Virus record (IMG/VR): IMGVR_UViG_3300033067_001395
Span: 1 to 42,153 of that record
From: a virus
Taxonomy: Duplodnaviria > Caudoviricetes
Reading direction: 5' to 3' (one strand)
DNA length: 42,153 nucleotides
Positions 17,632-25,822 of this stretch are shown in pieces. The notes under the pieces were generated by a model. It did not search any database and had not been told where the DNA came from. It saw only the letters and a program-made list of their open reading frames with translations. A program made the position numbers and the translations under genes. Every line of letters starts with the position of its first letter. Position 1 is the stretch's first letter.

Positions 17632-18885
17632 ATGGATAAAGCAACACAAGATTTAGCAACGAAACTGTCCGGCGGGTTTTCCACGCCGAACGTAAAGTAC
17701 CGCGAGAACGCAGCTAAGGTTTACAAGAAGGCAATCGCTGAAGGCGATACCCAAGTAGAACTTCGCGAGTCGATGAAGCACACTAGCCAGCGCCTTTTCG
17801 GCCAGGCTTGTGACATCACCAACCCCGCTGAGTTCCCTGTAACGGAAGATTCCTTCAGCTGGAAAGCCGTTAAGAAAGCTTGCATGAAGGAAGCGGATTC
17901 CGCTTCGACCTTCAGCCAAGTTCTTCGCGCTGGTATTCAAACCATCGTGAACTCTGCGTACCTCGAGACGCTTGAAACCACCAACGAAGATTGGGTTAAA
18001 ACCATTCCTTCGAAGATGGACACCGAGCTTTATGCTCCTCTGCACGGCACCAGCTTCCCTCGCGAAGTGGGCCGTCAGGAGAAGTACCCTGAGGCTCGCG
18101 CTGCTGGTTTGGATATCAAACTCCCGAACCGCAAGTACGGCCAATTGTACGCCGTTGAAAAAGAATTGATCATGGACGACCAAACTGGTCAGTTCCAATC
18201 GCAAGTTCGCCTCCTTGGCGAATACATGCGCTACCTGATCGAAGCTCTTTGCTACGGTAAACTGGCTTCCGTTGCGAACATGCAATACGCCGAGTTCGAG
18301 ATTCCCATTTCAGAAACTCAACCTGCGGATGAGGCTGTTTATCCCTGGGCACCGGCCAGCACTCCGTTCGTAGGCGGCGGTTACAACCGTCCTGCTACTT
18401 ACGGCGCACTCCAACAAGGTACGCTCCAAACCGCTAAGACCGTTTTGATGAACCAAAAGAACAAACTTGGTTTGAAAATGGCTGTTAACGGCAAGCGTTT
18501 GCTCATCGGACCGACCTTGTCCTTCGATGCGGCTGTGATCTTGAACTCTTCCTACTTCCCCTCGGTGCTTTCGGGCTCCGCTGGTGCCGTAGGTCAATCG
18601 TTCGCGATCAACCCAGTTAAAGGTTTGGCGGATATTTCCGTTAGCCGCTTTATGTTCAAAAACGACGGTACTTGTAACGGTGACTCCACCGCTTGGTACC
18701 TCGTCGATGACAGCAAGCCCTGGTTCGTTATGCAATTGCGCGAAGCTGTTGCGGTTGAACAAGAAGCTCCGAACTCCGGCGCTGCGTTCGAACGCGATAT
18801 CTACCGCTGGAAGGTTTCGATGCGCGGGAACGCGGACTTCATCGATCCCCGTTTTGCATTCCAAGGGAACAACGGCAGCGTCTAA
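17632..18885 (+). CDS. Major capsid protein (HK97 fold, Mu gpT-like)
   Basis: KYG....V.KELIMDDQTG, LLIGP.L, AWYL.D, D.RFAF motifs; codon usage suggests high expression. Confidence 0.9.
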   Translation: MDKATQDLATKLSGGFSTPNVKYRENAAKVYKKAIAEGDTQVELRESMKHTSQRLFGQACDITNPAEFPVTEDSFSWKAVKKACMKEADSASTFSQVLRAGIQTIVNSAYLETLETTNEDWVKTIPSKMDTELYAPLHGTSFPREVGRQEKYPEARAAGLDIKLPNRKYGQLYAVEKELIMDDQTGQFQSQVRLLGEYMRYLIEALCYGKLASVANMQYAEFEIPISETQPADEAVYPWAPASTPFVGGGYNRPATYGALQQGTLQTAKTVLMNQKNKLGLKMAVNGKRLLIGPTLSFDAAVILNSSYFPSVLSGSAGAVGQSFAINPVKGLADISVSRFMFKNDGTCNGDSTAWYLVDDSKPWFVMQLREAVAVEQEAPNSGAAFERDIYRWKVSMRGNADFIDPRFAFQGNNGSV

Positions 18886-18898
18886 GTCAGAGATTATA

Positions 18899-18985
18899 TG
18901 CTCGCTGCCTCTTCCGGGGGGCTTAGTTTCGTTGGGGAGCGGAACCAGGACTTCTCGGGCACCTTGGGGGCGGCGAGCACTTTTT
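18899..18985 (+). terminator. Long nested hairpin plus U-tract after the capsid gene
   Basis: TGCTCGCTGCCTCT pairs with GGGGGCGGCGAGCA (several G-U pairs), inner stems, then TTTTT at 18981-18985. Confidence 0.65.
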
Positions 18986-19002
18986 CAGGAGAGAAAATTC
19001 AT

Positions 19003-19398
19003 ATGTCACAAAGACAAACGGTTCGAAGAAAAGACAGCAGTCCGGATTCAGACGCTAAGCCCCTATTGATCGTGAATGGGAAACTCAATCGCGATCCTAG
19101 GTTTAACCTGGCCGAGCAGATTTCCGGAACGCAGTACTACATTCGAAACTGGAAATGGTCTGGAGCCGTTGAGGACTTCCCGAACGAGCCCTGGATGAGA
19201 TGCGTAGATAAGTTTTTCCCTCGCGCGGGCGTAGGTCCGTTAGCGATTGATGAGCCAACAATGGATAGCGAAATCGTAGCGTGCGAGCGAAAGGCGAAAG
19301 CCCTAGCTAAACGCGGCGTTCGTTACCTGGTTTTGAAGAGTGGGATGACCCTGCAGGAATGCCAGGTTGCTCTAGATCTTCAGGAAAGTAAGGCATAA
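19003..19398 (+). CDS. Hypothetical protein, possible nuclease-like fold
   Basis: AGGAG RBS before ATG 19003; VDKFFP...LAIDE...K...L..RGVRYLVL. Confidence 0.65.
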   Translation: MSQRQTVRRKDSSPDSDAKPLLIVNGKLNRDPRFNLAEQISGTQYYIRNWKWSGAVEDFPNEPWMRCVDKFFPRAGVGPLAIDEPTMDSEIVACERKAKALAKRGVRYLVLKSGMTLQECQVALDLQESKA

Positions 19399-19404
19399 CC
19401 GATT

Positions 19405-20049
19405 ATGGCATGGACCACGGCGAACACAGAATTGCGAGCGTTACTAAATGATGGGCCGACCGATAAGCCCCGCTTTCGCAAGACCTGCCTTGGCATCCTA
19501 AACGGTACTAACACTAGTTTTAAAACGTTTGAGCCCAGACGAATCACGGACCTCTCCACGGCGAGCGGTTCGTTTGGGGTCTTTGTAAATGGAGCGGCCG
19601 TCACGGTTAGCTCCGATGCTCCCGAGTTCGGCGAGTTTGTTTTAGCCGCAGCACCCGATAACACGGACACGCTTGAGGCTAGCTATTATGTCCAGTGGTT
19701 CAACGACGATGAGCTGAATTCGTTCCTCACGTCGTCGGCCGAATGGCTTGGACTAATCATCACCATAAACATCGAGGAAGGGCTACGCCCGGCCGCAAAG
19801 AAGTACGCGGCAGCTGAGGCTTACCAGAAGCTTGCGATTCGCTGGAGCCAGCTAGAGAGCGCCCAGTTCAAAATGGCCGATAGCGATCCGAAGAACAGTC
19901 CGGTGAACGAATACATGAACATGGCCGACAAGTTCCGGAAGGATGCCACGGCCTCGCGCGATGAATTTTATAAACGTCAGGGGAGAAGTCTTCAGCCTCT
20001 ATTTGGCACCGTCGTTGGACGGTATCGAAGAACTACGCCCAACCGATGA
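19405..20049 (+). CDS. Head-tail adaptor/connector protein
   Basis: Position; LRALLND N-terminus, WF.DDEL..FL motif. Confidence 0.65.
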   Translation: MAWTTANTELRALLNDGPTDKPRFRKTCLGILNGTNTSFKTFEPRRITDLSTASGSFGVFVNGAAVTVSSDAPEFGEFVLAAAPDNTDTLEASYYVQWFNDDELNSFLTSSAEWLGLIITINIEEGLRPAAKKYAAAEAYQKLAIRWSQLESAQFKMADSDPKNSPVNEYMNMADKFRKDATASRDEFYKRQGRSLQPLFGTVVGRYRRTTPNR

Positions 20050-20549
20050 TGAAGGATAGCGCCAAGTTCAAGAAGACGCTCGACAAGGCCTTCAAGAACT
20101 TGCTCGCGTCCGACCGCTTTTTCCCTGGCTGGGCTAACCGCGAACTCATTCCCGCATATTCCGACATGCAGCTGCGACGCTGGAAAAGCAAGAACTCGGA
20201 ATCCGGCGGCTTATGGAAGCCTCTAAACAAGGCCTACGCTAAACGGAAACTCGATAGATTTGCTTCTATGCCAGGCGGCGGGCGCAAGATGCTCATCGCT
20301 AGCGGACGCTTGCTTGCGGGAGTAATCCCTCCCGAGGCTAGATCGCAGCTAAGCGTGCAGGGACCATCCGAGGAATTCCGCAAAGTCGTTACCAAGAATT
20401 CTGTCGTGCTTTCTACAGCCGTTCCCTATGCGAAATATGTGAACGAGGAGCGCGAGTTTACTTCCGTTGCCCAGCAGTACCGCCGCAAATGGGCGCTTCA
20501 GTACGCTAAGTACCTCGCGCGCGGGCTACGCACGAAGGCGGATAGCTGA
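20046..20549 (+). CDS. Virion morphogenesis / tail completion protein (Mu gpG-like)
   Basis: WKPL...Y..RK, LI.SGRL, VPYAKY...R.F; basic. Confidence 0.7.
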   Translation: MMKDSAKFKKTLDKAFKNLLASDRFFPGWANRELIPAYSDMQLRRWKSKNSESGGLWKPLNKAYAKRKLDRFASMPGGGRKMLIASGRLLAGVIPPEARSQLSVQGPSEEFRKVVTKNSVVLSTAVPYAKYVNEEREFTSVAQQYRRKWALQYAKYLARGLRTKADS

Positions 20550-21064
20550 TGGTTCTTATCGCTAACAAGCTCATGGAAACGACCGTGGATCTTATGATCG
20601 CACGCTTGCAAGCCAACATGACCGACGCCCTTGCCGCAGAATCCGCTTACCGCGATGACAAGGTATCGCTAGGAGCACCGAAGAGCTATTTCATCGCCGA
20701 GAAGTCGCTCGCATTCCAAGCCCCCGCCGTCTTCGTTATCGGTGATGGCACGGACTTCCGGCTCACCAAAGGATCAAACTTTATTAACGCACTACAGCGC
20801 GTGCATGTTGCCGTTGTGGTGGAGAACCGAAACGAGGAACTCCTCACGCGCCAGGCGTATCGCTACCAAGCGGTGCTCCATCAGATCCTAGCGCAGGAGC
20901 CGATTCTAAGTCCGGATGGAAAGGTAAAGCTCATCGTGAAGATTGAGCGCGCCGAGTACGGAGCAATTTACACTAACGCAGGCGTGGCTAATGAGCCCGG
21001 CGGGATGTTCCGAAAGGAAATCTGGCTCGACTGCGCGGTAGAACATTACGAAAGATTAGGTTAA
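20549..21064 (+). CDS. Probable tail terminator protein
   Basis: Size and position directly before the tail tube gene. Confidence 0.55.
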   Translation: MVLIANKLMETTVDLMIARLQANMTDALAAESAYRDDKVSLGAPKSYFIAEKSLAFQAPAVFVIGDGTDFRLTKGSNFINALQRVHVAVVVENRNEELLTRQAYRYQAVLHQILAQEPILSPDGKVKLIVKIERAEYGAIYTNAGVANEPGGMFRKEIWLDCAVEHYERLG

Positions 21065-21090
21065 TTTTATAAATTAGGGGAGATAACAAT

Positions 21091-21633
21091 ATGGTCGCAA
21101 CGGTAAATGTAACTGAATCCAGCATGGAACTTACCCCGCAACGGGTTACGCTAAACGGCGTAGATCTCGGCGGGACACTTGATAACGTCGTGGTGGATTT
21201 TTCTTATTCCAAGGGTGAAATCAAAGCTGACCAATTCGGCACCACGGTTCTTGATCGCCGCGTGAACGGCATCGCCGCCAAGGTCACATTCAAGATCGCA
21301 GAGGTTCGTGATTCAGCTGTTTGGGCTCAAATTTTCCCGAACGCTAACTACGCTATCTCGGGACCAAATTCGGCTATCGAATTCCGCCTCCCTATCGGAG
21401 CATCGGACCTTGATAACGCCGTTCCCCTCGTTCTTCACCCGGTTGTCACGGACGATGCTGATCTGAACCAAGATCACACGTTTTACTTGGCTTTCCCCGA
21501 GGAAGTTTCGCAAATCACCTACGGCCCTGAGGAGCAATCCGGCCTTCAAATGGTGTTCAACGTTTACCGTCAGGTCACGGGCGGCGTATCTCGCTGGTAC
21601 CGCTTCGGTAATCCTAGCGTGGTTATTCCCTGA
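21091..21633 (+). CDS. Major tail tube protein
   Basis: V.LNG.DLG.T, ADQFGTT motif; upstream of chaperone and tape measure genes. Confidence 0.8.
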   Translation: MVATVNVTESSMELTPQRVTLNGVDLGGTLDNVVVDFSYSKGEIKADQFGTTVLDRRVNGIAAKVTFKIAEVRDSAVWAQIFPNANYAISGPNSAIEFRLPIGASDLDNAVPLVLHPVVTDDADLNQDHTFYLAFPEEVSQITYGPEEQSGLQMVFNVYRQVTGGVSRWYRFGNPSVVIP

Positions 21634-22025
21634 TGATTGAAAAAGACTTGGTGGGGGCGGATGAACAATCCGCCTCTATCGTCGACATCAACACGGTTCT
21701 TGAGCAATCGATTATCGTGCGCTGGAAGGATAAGAAGTTTCGCCTGGATCCTCTATCGCTAGAGGACTTCCTGAAACTCGCCAACCAGTATGAGCTGATG
21801 CACCGACGTTCGGCCGAAGGGGATGTTTCCTCAGAAGAACTGATCACGTCTTATTTCAATTTGTTTCATATCCTAACGCCGGACATCACGAGAGAGAATG
21901 TTGGCGATATGTCCATTGCGGAATGTTCCGCGTTCATGGCCATCGTTATCGACAAGCTAGCCGGCAAGATCCACGCGGATAATCCTATGCATGCCTCGCA
22001 GTTCGAAAAAAAAAAGCATCAATAG
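21633..22025 (+). CDS. Tail assembly chaperone (gpG-like)
   Basis: Between tube and tape measure genes; ends in an A10 run (EKKK). Confidence 0.8.
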   Translation: MIEKDLVGADEQSASIVDINTVLEQSIIVRWKDKKFRLDPLSLEDFLKLANQYELMHRRSAEGDVSSEELITSYFNLFHILTPDITRENVGDMSIAECSAFMAIVIDKLAGKIHADNPMHASQFEKKKHQ

Positions 22026-22369
22026 CTAACGCTGCACCGGATCGCGAACCGATCAAGGTTGCCCGTCTTTTAGCCGAAGCGAATCTCATCATGGGATGGA
22101 CGCCGGAGTATTCGCTACGCATGCCTGCCTTGCAGTTTTTTAGCATCCTACGCGAGGCGCGCGTGCTTGAGTTCGAGCGCCAAGCCGTTGTCTTAGATGA
22201 CCTGGTGGACATCGCCTTTTGTGGTCAATCTAAAGTTGATTGGGGCAAGGGTCTAAAAAAAGCCTTCCAAGCAAGGTATCATAAACCCAAGCGAGTGAAG
22301 CCACTCGATAACAAGGCGGCTGGGGCAATGCTCACCAGCGTATTCCAAAGGGCGGGGCAGAATGTCTGA
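22016..22369 (+). CDS. Tail assembly chaperone -1 frameshift extension (gpGT-like)
   Basis: The -1 frame is open from the slippery A_AAA_AAG (22010-22016) through ORF 22091..22369. Confidence 0.8.
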   Translation, partial: ASIANAAPDREPIKVARLLAEANLIMGWTPEYSLRMPALQFFSILREARVLEFERQAVVLDDLVDIAFCGQSKVDWGKGLKKAFQARYHKPKRVKPLDNKAAGAMLTSVFQRAGQNV

Positions 22370-24410
22370 CGATAAGGTTGTTTTAGAGCTATCGCTGGAC
22401 GACAAAGAATACATTACGAAGCTGCTCAACGCCAAGAAGCAGCTCCAGTCCCTAGGCGACAAAAAGAACACGGCAGGCGCGGCCTACGGTATCGACGACC
22501 TAACCAAAAAGCTCAAGGACATGGGATCGCCCGAGATTCTAACCCGGTTCACCGGGAACTTTCTAAAGATGGCGGGCCCTATATCCGTTGTCACCGGATC
22601 CGTGTTCGCACTCAAATCCGCATTCGATGCGGCTCTTGAGGGTGAGCGAATCAAGGCCGTAGATGCCCAGTTCCAGCAGCTAGCCTCAAACATTGGCCTA
22701 TCGGCCCAGAAGCTAAAGACCGATTTCATGGGTGCCGTCGAGGGTGAGCTTTCGATGACCGAAAGCCTAAAGCTTGCGAACGACGCCATGATCAAGCTTG
22801 GATCTAGCGCCAAACGCCTGCCTGAAATTATGGAACTCGCTCAGCAGCGATCCGTGGTGATGGGCGAGGATCTCACGCAAAGCTTCTCGGAGATCACGAA
22901 CGCACTAGCATCTGGGAATGAACGAGCACTCAAAAAGCTTGGCCTATCGGTAGACACGAAACAGGCCATAAAGGATTACGCAAAAGACCTAGGTGTTACG
23001 GTTTCCTCGCTATCCGAAGCTGGGAAAAAACAAGCCGTAATGAATGCCGCGCTTGAGGCCGGAAAAGCCAAATTCCAGGGGATCACGCAGGCGGTTACTC
23101 CGCTTTCTCAATCCCTCGATAGACTTGGCGGCGCGTTTGGCGATCTCACGGATTACATCAAAAAATCTATTGCCGGATTCACCGGGTTTAAAGCCGTAAT
23201 TGATTTCGTAGCCACTGGGTTTAGAAACCTAGGCGACGACATCAAGATCAAGTTCGGGAACGAAGCTGATGCGGCCACGGGCAAAATCAGCGCGCTTCGC
23301 ACGGAAATCAAAACCCTTGAAACTGGATTGCAAGGCGAGGTTCCAAAAGCCGGTTTCTTTTCGAAGCTCCTAGGCGTTACGGACGAGGATTTAGCTAAGC
23401 AGCGTGAAGTCACGCAGCAGATGATTGACGACAAAAAGGCTCAGATCGAGCAGCTCAAGAATATTTCAGGCGCGAAGGATGTCGGCACGGATAAAACTGT
23501 AGACGACTCGGCTGTGAATACCGAAGCACAAAAAGAACAAGCTTCTAAGTTTCAAAAAGAGCTTATTTCGATGCGGCAGGCTCGCGCGGATGCAGAGATT
23601 CAAATCGCAGCAAATGAAACGCAGCTGATCCAGGCCGAGAACGAAAAACGCATTGCAATGGCCGCTGATCTTCAATCTCAGATTGTCGCCGTAGAGCTAT
23701 CGGACAACACTCCATTTCAAAAGATGCAGCTCATCGAGGAAGCGCAGAAGATGCACAACGACAAGCTAGTGGCCTTCGAGAGAGATGCAGAATCTAGGCG
23801 TGAGGCCATGTGGGACAACTACCAGAAGGCGGCTACGGGCGCGCTAGAGGGAATTGCTAGGGCCGCTCAACAGGAAGGCCAAAAGCAGGATTACGTTCTC
23901 ACAAATAGCGCCGCAAGAGGCAAGAAGGCCTTCGGGGACCTAAGCGATCTAGGAACAACGGCCTTTGATGCTATCGGGCGCGCTGCCGTGAACGGTTCGG
24001 CCGACATGGGTAAAGCCATGCTGGGAGCAATTGGAAAGATAGCCTCGAGCTGGGGCAAGATGATGATGCTTGCGGCGTTCTCCACCTGGCCAGTTATTCA
24101 GGGACCGAAGCTCGCGGCCGGTGCTGCCCTCTTAGTTCTAGGGGGAGTTCTTGGAGCAGCATCAAGCGGCGGTGGGGTAAGCGCCTCGGCCGGTGGATCT
24201 TCGGATCTTAGCTCAGGATCGGGAGCGACCTCCGATAGACAGGACACATCTAAGCCGATCATAGACGATACGGCGATGCAGAAGAAACAAGTGAGCCTTG
24301 TGGTTCAAGGGAACATTTACGAAACCGATCAAACCCGTCAGCGACTCGTGGAGCTTATCCGCGAGGCCAGCGACGCCACGGACTTCCGTTACAACCAGAT
24401 TGGAAAATGA
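22362..24410 (+). CDS. Tape measure protein
   Basis: Long Ala/Lys/Leu-rich helical protein after the chaperone, with hydrophobic segments. Confidence 0.88.
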   Translation: MSDDKVVLELSLDDKEYITKLLNAKKQLQSLGDKKNTAGAAYGIDDLTKKLKDMGSPEILTRFTGNFLKMAGPISVVTGSVFALKSAFDAALEGERIKAVDAQFQQLASNIGLSAQKLKTDFMGAVEGELSMTESLKLANDAMIKLGSSAKRLPEIMELAQQRSVVMGEDLTQSFSEITNALASGNERALKKLGLSVDTKQAIKDYAKDLGVTVSSLSEAGKKQAVMNAALEAGKAKFQGITQAVTPLSQSLDRLGGAFGDLTDYIKKSIAGFTGFKAVIDFVATGFRNLGDDIKIKFGNEADAATGKISALRTEIKTLETGLQGEVPKAGFFSKLLGVTDEDLAKQREVTQQMIDDKKAQIEQLKNISGAKDVGTDKTVDDSAVNTEAQKEQASKFQKELISMRQARADAEIQIAANETQLIQAENEKRIAMAADLQSQIVAVELSDNTPFQKMQLIEEAQKMHNDKLVAFERDAESRREAMWDNYQKAATGALEGIARAAQQEGQKQDYVLTNSAARGKKAFGDLSDLGTTAFDAIGRAAVNGSADMGKAMLGAIGKIASSWGKMMMLAAFSTWPVIQGPKLAAGAALLVLGGVLGAASSGGGVSASAGGSSDLSSGSGATSDRQDTSKPIIDDTAMQKKQVSLVVQGNIYETDQTRQRLVELIREASDATDFRYNQIGK

Positions 24411-24413
24411 AGA

Positions 24414-25181
24414 ATGGCATTAACAAGCAAAAGCCTTTTCCTCTACGGAATGCAGATCACGGACGCGAACAAGTACATCGATTTTCAGATTGTAGGCGCT
24501 GGTCCGACGCTCACCGCAACGCTTGAGGTTGGATATTATTCTCTAACGGAGCTTCTAAATGCGATCAAAACGAAGATGGAATCGGCCGACCCAACAAATC
24601 TCTATTCGGCGTCTGCGGATCGAACGATCTCAGGAGGCACGGAGAACAGGGTTACCATATCGACTACGGGAGCTTATCTTAGTCTGCTTTTTGCCTCTGG
24701 AATTCATACGGCTACTTCTGTGGCTCCTCTACTGGGATTTAGTACAACGGATCAGACGGGCGCAACGACATACACGGGAACATCGAGCGCGGGGACCCCG
24801 CTGGTAACAACCGAAATCGGTTACTCGTTTTTAGGCCCCGATAAATATCAGACCATTTTCGGAGCCGTGAACATCTCGGCTAGCGGCCTCAAAGAAGCCA
24901 TCGTTTTTCAGCTTCAGCAGTTCATCCAGGTTACGTTTAAATACGAGCCAGCCGCGTACATTGAATCCGATTGGGTCCCGTTTTTCCGCTGGGCTATTCA
25001 GCAGAAGCCGTTTGATTTCACTCCCGAGATTGGCAATCCCTCGCTTGCGTACAGCGTCACAATGGAATCGACGCCCGCAGATGGGAAGGCGCTCGCATAC
25101 ATGTTCCAAGAAATGCTTAATGAAAACCACCCTAACCTTTACACAACGGGCGCGCTAAAGATGCGCCGAACTGAGGTCTAA
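24414..25181 (+). CDS. Distal tail-like protein
   Basis: Directly follows the tape measure gene; beta-rich. Confidence 0.55.
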   Translation: MALTSKSLFLYGMQITDANKYIDFQIVGAGPTLTATLEVGYYSLTELLNAIKTKMESADPTNLYSASADRTISGGTENRVTISTTGAYLSLLFASGIHTATSVAPLLGFSTTDQTGATTYTGTSSAGTPLVTTEIGYSFLGPDKYQTIFGAVNISASGLKEAIVFQLQQFIQVTFKYEPAAYIESDWVPFFRWAIQQKPFDFTPEIGNPSLAYSVTMESTPADGKALAYMFQEMLNENHPNLYTTGALKMRRTEV

Positions 25182-25183
25182 TC

Positions 25184-25822
25184 ATGGTCGGAATTGTAGA
25201 CGGAACGCCGGTAGATGCGGCCACAACAAACGCGGCACTTCTAGCCTCAAACGGGGATGATTTCACGGTAGGAAAGCTTGGCCTTGAATCTCCTGCAGTA
25301 GAGGATGGCTATTTTGTTGCAAGCACGCAGAAGTATTTAAACAGGATCGCGCAAACTATTGGCCTAAGTTATGTGGCCAATTACTCGGCCGAGGTTGATA
25401 CGACCGCGTTAGATTACGACTCAACATCGAACGCGGTTCCTAATGGGAATACTACAAAGAGTGCCATCACGAAGCTATCCGACAAGTTCGCGAATAACAC
25501 GGTAGACGGTGGACATAACCACGACGGGACGGACGGTAACGGAGCTCCTATCGCTGTTGCCACGCTCACGGGCGTTAAGGTTGGACAAACCCCATGCGTT
25601 ACTGGATCGGATACGGTTAGCGTGTCATTCACGAGCCCATACCCGAACACAGGGTACCGAGCGACCTATTCTTTTCATAATGAATTTGATTCTCCACTTA
25701 TGTTTTTACAGGGCATAACGACGGTTCAAACCGAAACAGGTTTTACAGTTACTATGAACAGTGCCCCGGACACCGGAAATTATTATTTAGATTGGCAATG
25801 CCTAGAGGACATCGACGTATGA
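25184..25822 (+). CDS. Minor tail / fibre-adaptor protein
   Basis: GHNHDG.DG motif; C-terminal VSF..PY....Y...T.TGFT domain. Confidence 0.6.
   Translation: MVGIVDGTPVDAATTNAALLASNGDDFTVGKLGLESPAVEDGYFVASTQKYLNRIAQTIGLSYVANYSAEVDTTALDYDSTSNAVPNGNTTKSAITKLSDKFANNTVDGGHNHDGTDGNGAPIAVATLTGVKVGQTPCVTGSDTVSVSFTSPYPNTGYRATYSFHNEFDSPLMFLQGITTVQTETGFTVTMNSAPDTGNYYLDWQCLEDIDV

Noticed and set aside
13393-18864. Long antisense ORFs such as 13393..13938, 17653..18285 and 18310..18864
   Set aside because: Shadows of strongly codon-biased portal and capsid genes
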